Program-made: the position numbers and the translations under genes
The notes under the pieces: generated by a model
What the model was told of the DNA's origin: nothing
The model's database searches: none
What the model saw: the letters and a program-made list of their open reading frames with translations, nothing else
Source of the DNA: Candidatus Hydrogenedentota bacterium
GTDB lineage: Bacteria > Hydrogenedentota > Hydrogenedentia > Hydrogenedentales > JAEUWI01
NCBI GenBank assembly: GCA_034669905.1
Contig: JAXMOL010000017.1
Span: 72,766-136,765, forward strand
Direction: 5' to 3'
Length of the DNA stretch: 64,000 bases
Shown here: positions 18,855 through 27,579 of the stretch, piece after piece
Layout of the letters: the number at the start of each line of letters is the position of its first letter
How positions within the stretch are numbered: the stretch's first letter is position 1

Positions 18855-19697
18855 ATGACTTTAAGGTACTTCATCCACTCGCTCCCCATCTGGTGCGCGA
18901 TTGCCCTTTTCCTGGTCCTTTCCGGGGCTGCTCATGCCCGCACACCGGGCACCGACGCGTCCGATTCGGAGGGCGTTGATACCACGGCGGGAGACTGGTA
19001 TTTTTTCGTGGCGGCCGTCAATGTCTATCCCCGCCTCGAATCCGAGCGACTGATCAAGGAGTTATTTGAGCCGGTCGTGCGGAGCCTGGCACCGGGACAC
19101 GAGGGAGTCCAGACCATCAGCGATCTCCGCGATGACCATGCCCTGTGGCCTCCCCATGTGGGCCTTGGCTACAACCTGAACACGCATGTAGCCGTGTTTG
19201 TTGAAGGGGGCTACACGGCGGGAAAGGTGCGCACGAAACGGGACGACCGGAGTTGGTTGCTGCTCCCGCTTCACACCGATTTTGAGATCAAACGCAGTGC
19301 GCTCTTTGGCGGCATCGGGATTGACTATTTCCCCTGGGGGATGGCTCCTCAAGGCAACTACCACGGACTCCGCGAACGCCTCGCTGCAGCACGCCCCTTC
19401 TGTGGCACCCGACTGACCTGGACGCGGGCCACTTTTCGGGCCAAGGCCAAACTGGGGTTTCCACCCCTTCCCAACTTTTTGAATCTGGAGCTTTCCGATG
19501 CCTGGACCCTTCCAAGCATTACAACGGTCGCTGGTGTGGACATTCCCCTTTCCAAGGATACTGCCCTCACCTTCAACGTGGCATACAACCACTTCTGGAA
19601 CCGGGATTTTGACTTTGAAGGGTGGGCCCTGACCGTTCAGTGGAAACGGTTTTTCGGGGGGCCCAAAAACGTTGCGAACCCGCGAGATTTCACTTAG
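18855..19697 (+). CDS. Hypothetical exported protein, probable outer-membrane beta-barrel
   Basis: Signal peptide ending AAHA; alternating aromatic/hydrophobic strands (VGLGYNL, GIGIDYF, LTFNVAYN, LTVQWKRF). Confidence 0.6.
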   Translation: MTLRYFIHSLPIWCAIALFLVLSGAAHARTPGTDASDSEGVDTTAGDWYFFVAAVNVYPRLESERLIKELFEPVVRSLAPGHEGVQTISDLRDDHALWPPHVGLGYNLNTHVAVFVEGGYTAGKVRTKRDDRSWLLLPLHTDFEIKRSALFGGIGIDYFPWGMAPQGNYHGLRERLAAARPFCGTRLTWTRATFRAKAKLGFPPLPNFLNLELSDAWTLPSITTVAGVDIPLSKDTALTFNVAYNHFWNRDFDFEGWALTVQWKRFFGGPKNVANPRDFT

Positions 19698-19715
19698 TAT
19701 AGCGGGAGAGCCCCC

Positions 19716-19747
19716 CTAACTTTCCGCTAACAGAAAGGTGGGACAAT
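19716..19747 (+). promoter_or_regulatory. Candidate Pho-box promoter upstream of phoB
   Basis: CTAAC at 19716 and 19727 (11-bp period), then 10 nt, then a -10-like GACAAT preceded by TGn. Confidence 0.5.
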
Positions 19748-19876
19748 AGGCGCGGTTGCCGTGGGCACAGTGCTCTCTAGAAAACGCTGTGCACACCCCG
19801 TTTCTGATAAAAACTCGTTCTGAGTACCTCATCACCTTTCCCATCCGGCAACCTACACGACGACGAAGGAATCCAC

Positions 19877-20566
19877 ATGGCGAACGAACGCATCCTGATC
19901 GTAGAAGATGAACCCGATATCGTCGAGTTGCTACGCTACAATCTCACGCGCGACGGATATGAAGTGCTTCAGGCGACCACGGGTGAGGCGGCGCTGGATA
20001 TCATCAAGGAAAGCTCTCCGGATCTCATGTTGCTCGATCTGATGCTTCCCCGAATTGACGGCCTGGAAGTATGCCGTCGGGTGCGGGGAGACGGAGAACA
20101 CAAACACCTCCCCATCATTATGCTGACGGCCAAGGGGGAAGAGGTGGATATTGTCACCGGGCTCGAACTGGGTGCGGATGACTATATAACAAAACCCTTC
20201 AGTCCGCGCATTCTCCTGGCCCGTGTCCGCGCGGTACTTCGCCGTAACGACGCGGACCTTCCCGGCGACAACGACGCGATTCAAATTCACAACCTGAGCA
20301 TCCACCCGGGCCGCCACGAAGTCACGGTGGATGGCGAGCCCGTCACCTTGACGCGGACTGAGTTCCAGGTGTTGCACTATCTTGCGCGCCGCCCCGGTTG
20401 GGTCTTCACCCGGTACCAGATTGTCGACGCGGTCCATGGCGATGACTATATCGTCACCGAGCGCAGCGTCGACGTCCAGATTGTGGGGCTTCGGAAGAAG
20501 TTAGGCGTTGCCGGCAAACACATCGAAACGGTCCGCGGCGTGGGCTATCGATTTGGAGCACCCTGA
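19877..20566 (+). CDS. phoB: OmpR-family response regulator, PhoB-like
   Basis: IVEDE, LLDLMLP, MLTAKGEE, GADDYITKPFS, ERSVDVQI, IETVRGVGY; adjacent to a PhoR-like kinase and a phosphate porin. Confidence 0.82.
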   Translation: MANERILIVEDEPDIVELLRYNLTRDGYEVLQATTGEAALDIIKESSPDLMLLDLMLPRIDGLEVCRRVRGDGEHKHLPIIMLTAKGEEVDIVTGLELGADDYITKPFSPRILLARVRAVLRRNDADLPGDNDAIQIHNLSIHPGRHEVTVDGEPVTLTRTEFQVLHYLARRPGWVFTRYQIVDAVHGDDYIVTERSVDVQIVGLRKKLGVAGKHIETVRGVGYRFGAP

Positions 20567-20571
20567 CCGCT

Positions 20572-22356
20572 TTGGCCCAAAAACGATTTATCTGGCAGGT
20601 CTTTCCGGCCTTTCTGCTCATTACCCTTCTTTCTCTGGTGCTGGTCACCTTCTTCTTGACCCGCACCGTCGAGAAGCTCCATCTGGCGCAAACTGAAAAA
20701 GACCTTGTCGCACGGGCACGTCTGCTCGCTCCGCTAACCACCCAGTTCGCACAGGAAAGTGAGTTGGCGACGCTGCAGTCCCGCTGTGTCGCCCTGGGAC
20801 AGGACTCGGCCACCCGCATCACCTTGATCCAATCCGACGGACACGTCGTCGCGGATTCCGATAAAATCCCGGATCAGATGAACAACCACGCGGACCGACC
20901 TGAAGTGCAGCAAGCGCTGGCCGGCGCGACGGGGCACTCGCTCCGATTCAGCCAGACGGTTGATAAGCGAATGATGTATGTGGCCCTCCCGGCCTCCGAG
21001 AAAAGCAAAGACCTGATCATCCGCGTGGCGATACCCATCACGACGGTGGGTGACGTGCTGCGCACGGTCAACTTACAGATGGTTCTGGTCGTACTGGTCG
21101 TCACCTTGCTCGCAGCGGGACTGAGCTGGGTGGTATCACGTCGGGTCGTCCGGCCGTTGGCGGAGCTCAAGGTGGGTGCGGAACGCTTCGCCCGGGGTGA
21201 GTTGGAGCACCCCCTTCCCATCCCCGAGTCCGAAGAATTTGCGAGCCTCAGCAACGCGTTGAATCAGATGGCCCATCAGCTGGCCAGCCACATTCAGGCG
21301 GTAGAACAACAGCGCAACGAGCAGGAAGCCGTGCTTTCCAGCATGATTGAGAGTGTGGTGGCCATCGATGCGGAACTACGCGTCATAACGGTCAACAATG
21401 CGGCCAGCGCGCTCCTCGGGTTGAGTCTCTCCGACATCAAGGGGCAGACCCTGCTTGAAGCCCTGCGCTCGACCCCGCTCCACGAATTCGCGCGCTGCGC
21501 CCTTTCGAGCAAATCGATGATCGAGCAGGAAATCCAGTTGGAAGCGCCCTCCCCCATCCTGTTGCGGGCACAGGGCACCGTCCTGCACGACAGCAACGGA
21601 CACTCCATGGGGGCGGTTATCGTGTTGGAGAACATCACGCGCCTCCGGCAGCTGGAGGAGGTACGGCAGGATTTTGTTGCCAATGTGTCCCATGAGCTGA
21701 AGACACCCATCACCTCCATCAAGGGATTCGTGGAGACACTTCTGGATGACAGAACGGATTGGCCCGACGACACGCGTCATTTTCTGGGTATCATTGAGAA
21801 GCAGGCGAATCGGCTCGACGCCATCATTGATGATCTGCTGACCCTGTCGCGACTGGAACAGGGGAATGGTCGCACCACGTTGAAGCTGGGCGACTCTGCC
21901 GTCATCCAGACCATCGAGGCGGCGGCCGAATTGTGTCAGCACCGTGCGGACAGCCGGGGCGTCGAAATCCTCATCGAATGCCCGGAAGAGTTGGTGGCCC
22001 CCCTCAATGCCCCCTTGCTGGAACAGGGCCTGGTAAACTTAATCGACAACGCGGTGAAATACAGCGACGAGATGCAACAGGTCGTGGTGCGTGCCTATGT
22101 GGATGGGGACACCCTGGTCATTGACGTCATTGACCAGGGGTCGGGCATTCCGGCGGCGGATGTAGACCGAATCTTCGAACGCTTCTACCGGGTGGACCGT
22201 GCGCGCAGCCGCGATCTCGGCGGGACGGGTCTGGGATTGTCGATTGTAAAACACATCGCGCAGGTCCACGGCGGTGCCGTCACGGTGGCAAGCGCTCCCG
22301 GCGAAGGAAGCACCTTCACCCTTCGCCTTCCCAGGACGCCGCAAAGCGTAGCGTAA
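20572..22356 (+). CDS. phoR: PhoR-like sensor histidine kinase (sCache-like, HAMP, PAS, HisKA, HATPase)
   Basis: [57 protein letters not shown]. Confidence 0.85.
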   Translation: MAQKRFIWQVFPAFLLITLLSLVLVTFFLTRTVEKLHLAQTEKDLVARARLLAPLTTQFAQESELATLQSRCVALGQDSATRITLIQSDGHVVADSDKIPDQMNNHADRPEVQQALAGATGHSLRFSQTVDKRMMYVALPASEKSKDLIIRVAIPITTVGDVLRTVNLQMVLVVLVVTLLAAGLSWVVSRRVVRPLAELKVGAERFARGELEHPLPIPESEEFASLSNALNQMAHQLASHIQAVEQQRNEQEAVLSSMIESVVAIDAELRVITVNNAASALLGLSLSDIKGQTLLEALRSTPLHEFARCALSSKSMIEQEIQLEAPSPILLRAQGTVLHDSNGHSMGAVIVLENITRLRQLEEVRQDFVANVSHELKTPITSIKGFVETLLDDRTDWPDDTRHFLGIIEKQANRLDAIIDDLLTLSRLEQGNGRTTLKLGDSAVIQTIEAAAELCQHRADSRGVEILIECPEELVAPLNAPLLEQGLVNLIDNAVKYSDEMQQVVVRAYVDGDTLVIDVIDQGSGIPAADVDRIFERFYRVDRARSRDLGGTGLGLSIVKHIAQVHGGAVTVASAPGEGSTFTLRLPRTPQSVA

Positions 22357-22416
22357 TTCCTTCTAAGGTTGCAGACCTTCCCCATCACCGCACCCGCTCC
22401 CGTCAACACCCAAGAA

Positions 22417-22458
22417 TAATGCAGGCCTAATGTCGGCCTAATACGCGCCGCCTACCCT
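22417..22458 (+). promoter_or_regulatory. Candidate Pho-box promoter upstream of the porin gene
   Basis: TAAT at 22417, 22428 and 22439 (11-bp period; GGCCTAAT twice), then 10 nt, then TACCCT. Confidence 0.55.
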
Positions 22459-22635
22459 ATCACGGTGAGTGGTCACCCGGCGCAAGGTGGCCACTTTGGG
22501 AAGGGACAGGTGTGGGCAGCACAAGAACCCCGGGCTGGGCAGGCCCGCACCCTGAAACTTCCATGTCAACGAAGAGAACCATCTCCTATGAAAGCAGCGT
22601 TACGCTGTATTCACGACATGAAAGCGAAGAAACAC

Positions 22636-24111
22636 ATGAAATCAATGGGAACACGTGTGGGGCGTGTATGCTGTTTCGCCGCACTGGCCCTGGCGGGCTT
22701 TGGCTTCCACGCCGCAGCGGATGAAACCTCTCAACGCGAGCAAGCGCTGATGGAGATAATCGAGTCGCTAAAGGAACGGGTTTCGGCCTTGGAGGCGCAG
22801 CAGGCTGCCCCCCAGGCGCCGGCAAGTTCGGGACTCAATGAGCGTGTAGAAGCACTGGAGACCGCCGTTGACACCCGAAAGGAAACAGCGGACAGTGACT
22901 TTCGCGTGTACTGGAAGAAGTCCCTTCGACTGGAAACAGGGGACGGCCAGGCAAAACTCAAGCTGGGCGGTCAGATCCATAACGATTGGTATTGGTACGG
23001 TCAAGACCATAAATTTCGAGACATTATCGATCTGGAAGACGGCACGGAACTGCGTCGCGCCCGCCTCTATGTCTCGGGCACCTTCTACGAAAACCTTCGC
23101 TTTAAGGCGCAGTACGACTTTGCCGAAGGAGATGCTGATTTCAAGAGTGTATGGATTGAACTGACGAAGGTACCTGGTCTTCAGAATATCCGCGTTGGAC
23201 AGTTTAAGGAACCCTTCAGTCTGGAAGAACGTGTCGCGGATAACGACATGACGTTTATGGAACGTGCCCTTCCCAATGCATTCGCCCCCAGCCGAAACAC
23301 CGGTGCCATGATTCACGGTGCCTACCTCGGGGAGCCGGGTGAAGAGCGATTGACAACGGCCCTCGGTGTATTCCGCACCACGGACAGTTACGGCAATGAT
23401 GCCACGGACGGTGGCTATGCCGGTACGGCCCGCATCACCGGCCTGCCCTGGTATGAGGACGGTGGCAGACGGCTGCTTCACCTCGGCCTGGGCTACACGC
23501 ACCGCAACGTGGGTGACACCCTTCGCATCCGCCAGCGTCCGGAATCCCACGGTGCGGACCGGCTCGTCGATACCGGCACGATGAACGTCCATGATATCGA
23601 TGGGGCCGTGCTCGAAGGGGCACTGGTCTACGGCCCCTTCTCCCTTCAGGGCGAATACTTCCTCCACCAGGTAAATACGGTGGACCGGGGCGACCGGGAT
23701 TTCGATGGTTTCTATGTGCAGGCGAGCTATGCGCTCACGGGCGAACATCGGCCCTATAAAAACAGCGAGGGTGAGTTTGGTCGAATCGTTCCTGAACGCA
23801 ACTTTCGAATCCACGGTGATACACGTGGCTGGGGCGCCTGGGAGATAGCGTTGCGCTACTCCGCCATTGATTTGGATGACGGACACACGCGTTTCAGCGA
23901 CCGACTCCTTGAGTTAAGTCGGGAGATCCGCGGTGGCGAAGAGCGCAATATTACGGTTGGCCTGAACTGGTACCTGAATCCAAATTCCCGCGTCATGTTG
24001 AACTACATTCATGCCTCGATTGAAAACAACAACCTTGGCACCGGGCGATTCTGGCGAGACAGGGACTACGACTTGGATATCATTCAGTCCCGTTTCCAGG
24101 TGGCCTTTTAA
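22636..24111 (+). CDS. Phosphate-selective porin, OprO/OprP family
   Basis: ELRRARL, GQFKEPFSLE, FMERAL, FSLQGEY, LTGEHRPY, GAWEIALRYS, GLNWYLNPN, C-terminal F. Several possible ATGs between 22588 and 22645. Confidence 0.92.
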   Translation: MKSMGTRVGRVCCFAALALAGFGFHAAADETSQREQALMEIIESLKERVSALEAQQAAPQAPASSGLNERVEALETAVDTRKETADSDFRVYWKKSLRLETGDGQAKLKLGGQIHNDWYWYGQDHKFRDIIDLEDGTELRRARLYVSGTFYENLRFKAQYDFAEGDADFKSVWIELTKVPGLQNIRVGQFKEPFSLEERVADNDMTFMERALPNAFAPSRNTGAMIHGAYLGEPGEERLTTALGVFRTTDSYGNDATDGGYAGTARITGLPWYEDGGRRLLHLGLGYTHRNVGDTLRIRQRPESHGADRLVDTGTMNVHDIDGAVLEGALVYGPFSLQGEYFLHQVNTVDRGDRDFDGFYVQASYALTGEHRPYKNSEGEFGRIVPERNFRIHGDTRGWGAWEIALRYSAIDLDDGHTRFSDRLLELSREIRGGEERNITVGLNWYLNPNSRVMLNYIHASIENNNLGTGRFWRDRDYDLDIIQSRFQVAF

Positions 24112-24361
24112 ACGTCAACGCGAGCGATCCGATCGGGAAGGCATAATGACGCAGCATGCCGGGGCTCGGGCCCTACGGTTTGCTGCCGCCTTCCGGGTCG
24201 GATCGCGGCGTTTTTGTCCGGCGCGTAACGCGCCCCCCCCGGGACATCGCTCTGGCGTCTATTGCTGGTTTGCATCGCTGGACGCCAATCCAACATAATG
24301 CGCGTCATGGGACGGGATGGCGTTTACCCTTGGTGAAGCGCCCAAACATGGCGGATTTTCA

Positions 24362-25330
24362 ATGAAGAAACGAGGTTTTACACTCGTTGAATTACTTCTG
24401 GTCATCGCGATCATCGGTGTGCTGAGTGCCATACTTCTTCCGGCACTGGCGCGGGCTCGCGAGGCCGCTCGCCGGGCGGCATGCCAGAACAACATGAAGC
24501 AGTTTGGATTGGTTTTCCAGATGTACTCCAACGAGTCGGAAGGGGAGTATTTTCCGCCCCTTTCCCCCTACGGCAGCGTGCGCGCCGATCTCCGATCGAG
24601 TCCGCTCTGGAGCGCCCCCCAGGCCGCCACGATCCACCCCGAATATCTCTCCGACCTCGCAGTGGCCCGGTGCCCTTCCGATAGTGGCGCCGATCCCGGC
24701 TGGCGCAGTGTGTTGGAGCGGGTCCCCAACGATGGGGGCACCTTTGATAGCTGGAAGGCCACTGCTCTCGCCGCCGATGATCCCATCTCCCACGACTATT
24801 TCCTCAGCGGGGAACTCAACCGTTCGTACGTCTATAAGGGCTATGTCATCAATTCCGTGGCGGAGTTTTACGGATTCTGGGGTGCCAGTTCCATCAATGA
24901 GATACGGGGCGATGTGGCCATCGCGGGCGTGGGCACGGTCCACCTGAAAAACTACGACGACGACCTGACCTTTGACTACAGTCCCTGGCCGCCCTGGGTA
25001 CCCAACGTTCCCGAAGCCGAAGGTACGGCGGGGAGCGACCGCATCTTCCGCCTCCGTCAGGGCGTGGAGCGCTTTCTCATTACCGACATCAACGGCCCGG
25101 CGGGCGGGGCGCTTCGGGGGCAGAGTAACGTCCCTGTCCTTTGGGATACGTTCGGCAGCAGCGAATTCGGGGACAATGACGCGGGCACCATCACCTTCAA
25201 CCACCTCCCTGGTGGCTGTAATGTGCTCTACATGGATGGCCACGTGGAGTTTGTGAAATACGGGGAGAAGTTTCCGATTTCCAATGATGAGCAGGTGGTG
25301 AAAGAGAACAGCCACTACGGGCTCGGCTAA
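24362..25330 (+). CDS. Prepilin-type N-terminal cleavage/methylation protein with DUF1559 and H-X9-DG domains
   Basis: [21 protein letters not shown]...[22 protein letters not shown]-terminal [19 protein letters not shown]. Confidence 0.93.
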   Translation: MKKRGFTLVELLLVIAIIGVLSAILLPALARAREAARRAACQNNMKQFGLVFQMYSNESEGEYFPPLSPYGSVRADLRSSPLWSAPQAATIHPEYLSDLAVARCPSDSGADPGWRSVLERVPNDGGTFDSWKATALAADDPISHDYFLSGELNRSYVYKGYVINSVAEFYGFWGASSINEIRGDVAIAGVGTVHLKNYDDDLTFDYSPWPPWVPNVPEAEGTAGSDRIFRLRQGVERFLITDINGPAGGALRGQSNVPVLWDTFGSSEFGDNDAGTITFNHLPGGCNVLYMDGHVEFVKYGEKFPISNDEQVVKENSHYGLG

Positions 25331-25351
25331 GGCTCCGAGGGGTTCACAATA

Positions 25352-25388
25352 GAAAAGCCCCCAACTGCCGGGTGGCACGGGGGCTTGA
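25352..25388. terminator. Hairpin between convergent prepilin-like gene and bioB
   Basis: AAGCCCCC...GGGGGCTT stem with an A tract on the left (a U tract for the bioB transcript). Confidence 0.5.
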
Positions 25389-25411
25389 TAAGAGGGGCTC
25401 GATCCGCTTTG

Positions 25412-26395
25412 CTATGCGCCCGCCACTTCCAGGGGCTGAAGGCCCAACTTGTCGAAGAGGGCTTTGTCGCGGTCCACGCCGGGGTTGGCGGTCGTGAGTA
25501 GTTTTTCACCGGCAAAGATGGAGTTGGCACCCGCGAGGAAACACAACGCCTGGGTTTCATCCGACATGGCGGTGCGTCCTGCGCTGAGGCGGACCATGCT
25601 GGTGGGCATGGCGATGCGTGCGGTGGCAATCATACGGACCATGACGATGGGGTCGATGGGCTCCTGCTTTTCGAGGGGCGTACCTTCTACCGCCACGAGG
25701 GCGTTGATGGGCACGCTCTCCGGATGGGGATCGTGGCCCGCGAGTACGGCCAGCATGGCGATGCGGTCTTTCACCGTCTCCCCCATACCCACGATACCAC
25801 CGGAACAGACGGTGACGCCCGCTTTGCGCACATTTTGAATGGTCTGAAGGCGGTCGTCATAGGTGCGGGTCGAAATAATCTTCTCGTAGTATTCGGGCCC
25901 CGTGTCGAGGTTGTGGTTATAGGCATCGAGACCGGCTTCGGCAAGGCGTTTGGCCTGATCTTCGTTGACCATACCAAGGGTGCAGCAGGCTTCCATGCCG
26001 AGGGCCTTCACGCCGCGTACCATTTCCAGGACCTGGTCAAACTGTTCGCCGTCCCGCACTTCGCGCCAGGCCGCGCCCATGCAGAAGCGGGTGGAGCCAC
26101 TGTCTTTGGCGGCTTTGGCGGCTTCGAGGGCCCCCTCCACGTCGATGAGGGGCTCTTTGTCCAGGTCCGTGTTGTAGTGGGCGGACTGGGGACAATAGGA
26201 ACAATCTTCCGGGCAGGCGCCCGTCTTGATGCTCAACAGGGTGCATTGCTGGACCTTGTTGGGGTCGTGAAACTGGCGGTGGAGCGTCTGGGCCTGGAAG
26301 ACGAGCTCGGTGAGCGGCAAGTCATAAATGGCCTGTAATTCGGCTTCGGTCCAGTCGTGACGGAGGGTGTGGGTTTGGTCGCTGTGGGGATTCAT
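25412..26395 (-). CDS. bioB: Biotin synthase
   Basis: [61 protein letters not shown]. Confidence 0.98.
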   Translation of the reverse strand: MNPHSDQTHTLRHDWTEAELQAIYDLPLTELVFQAQTLHRQFHDPNKVQQCTLLSIKTGACPEDCSYCPQSAHYNTDLDKEPLIDVEGALEAAKAAKDSGSTRFCMGAAWREVRDGEQFDQVLEMVRGVKALGMEACCTLGMVNEDQAKRLAEAGLDAYNHNLDTGPEYYEKIISTRTYDDRLQTIQNVRKAGVTVCSGGIVGMGETVKDRIAMLAVLAGHDPHPESVPINALVAVEGTPLEKQEPIDPIVMVRMIATARIAMPTSMVRLSAGRTAMSDETQALCFLAGANSIFAGEKLLTTANPGVDRDKALFDKLGLQPLEVAGA

Positions 26396-26513
26396 TATGA
26401 CGAACTACTCCTGAGGGGATAGTGATTTTCCGGTTGCAGGCGACAAGGATAGCATGTTTGGAGGCCCCGGTGCCTCTTGGGGGTCTTCGCCGGAGCTACC
26501 CCGCCACGACGTC

Positions 26514-27395
26514 TCAGCGCGGCCGAATCATCCGTACGGACCAATCGGCGACGGTGAAGGTGGCGGGCAGGTGTCCTGCGGGGTCGCCATCTATCTGCAT
26601 GCGCACCGCTTCCGCCTCGGCGGCGGGCGAAAGACGGATTGCTTCGCCCTGGCGATAGTCAATCCAGGGGGCCTCCACGAAACTCGGACGCCAGACACGG
26701 GCAAGCAGCCAGAGCAGGCGCGGCCAGCTGAGTCCCCGCATGACACAGACATCCAGGCGGTGGTCGCCGATTTCGGCGCGGGGTGTGGCGGGGAAGATGC
26801 CCGCGGAGTAACGGCAGTTCCCCACAATGACGTAGTCGGCGTCGGTGGCCACTTCCACCCCGTCGACTTCGACGCGTATTTTCGGGTAGTCATATTGGAG
26901 CAGGACGCGCAAGGCGGGTAGCACCCACTTGAGCAGGCTGGATTTCTTTCCTCGTCCCGTATGGACCGCGTAGGCGACGGCCGCATCCAGACCGGCCCCC
27001 GCGCCCAGGAGGAAACGCTGGCTATCGTGGAGGCCAACATCCATCGCCACGGCCTCTCCCGCGACGATCGTATCGGCTATGAAGTCGGCATCCGGTTTCA
27101 TACCCAACTCTCGTGCGACGACATTGGCGGTGCCCACGGGCAGTATGGCCAGGGCCGTATAGGCGCCCTCCGGCATCCCATTCAGCACCTCGTTCAAGGT
27201 GCCGTCGCCCCCAACGACCGCGAAAACATCGGCCTTGGCACGGCCCGCCTCTGCCCGGGCGTCACCTGCCTGCCCGGTGCAAAAGAGTGTGGCATCCAGC
27301 CCCCGTTTCTCGAGGGCGCGCACGAGGGCGTGGGCCTGCACGAGGCCCTTTCCCCCTCCCGCTACCGGGTTCGCGATAAGGTGTACGGCTGGCAT
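26514..27395 (-). CDS. Diacylglycerol kinase (YegS/DAGK) family lipid kinase
   Basis: IANPVAG, GGDGTLNEV, ILPVGTANV, QIDGD. Start taken at MPAVHL. Confidence 0.92.
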   Translation of the reverse strand: MPAVHLIANPVAGGGKGLVQAHALVRALEKRGLDATLFCTGQAGDARAEAGRAKADVFAVVGGDGTLNEVLNGMPEGAYTALAILPVGTANVVARELGMKPDADFIADTIVAGEAVAMDVGLHDSQRFLLGAGAGLDAAVAYAVHTGRGKKSSLLKWVLPALRVLLQYDYPKIRVEVDGVEVATDADYVIVGNCRYSAGIFPATPRAEIGDHRLDVCVMRGLSWPRLLWLLARVWRPSFVEAPWIDYRQGEAIRLSPAAEAEAVRMQIDGDPAGHLPATFTVADWSVRMIRPR

Positions 27396-27579
27396 GGAAG
27401 GTAGTGCTCCTTGTTCCGAAGAAGAATCTCCGGCTCCCCAGTCTATCGAATGATTCCCGGACAATGCGAATGGCCGAAATGTAACGCATGGTTCCCATCG
27501 TTGCAGCAGCGAAACCTTCGATTCCGCGGACCAATGCGGTATGATACCCCTTCCAGCCACTACGTCAGGACAGGAATCA

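Noticed and set aside
25412..26460. BirA operator or biotin operon around bioB
   Set aside because: No palindromic operator recognised and no other bio genes nearby; a stand-alone bioB is common.
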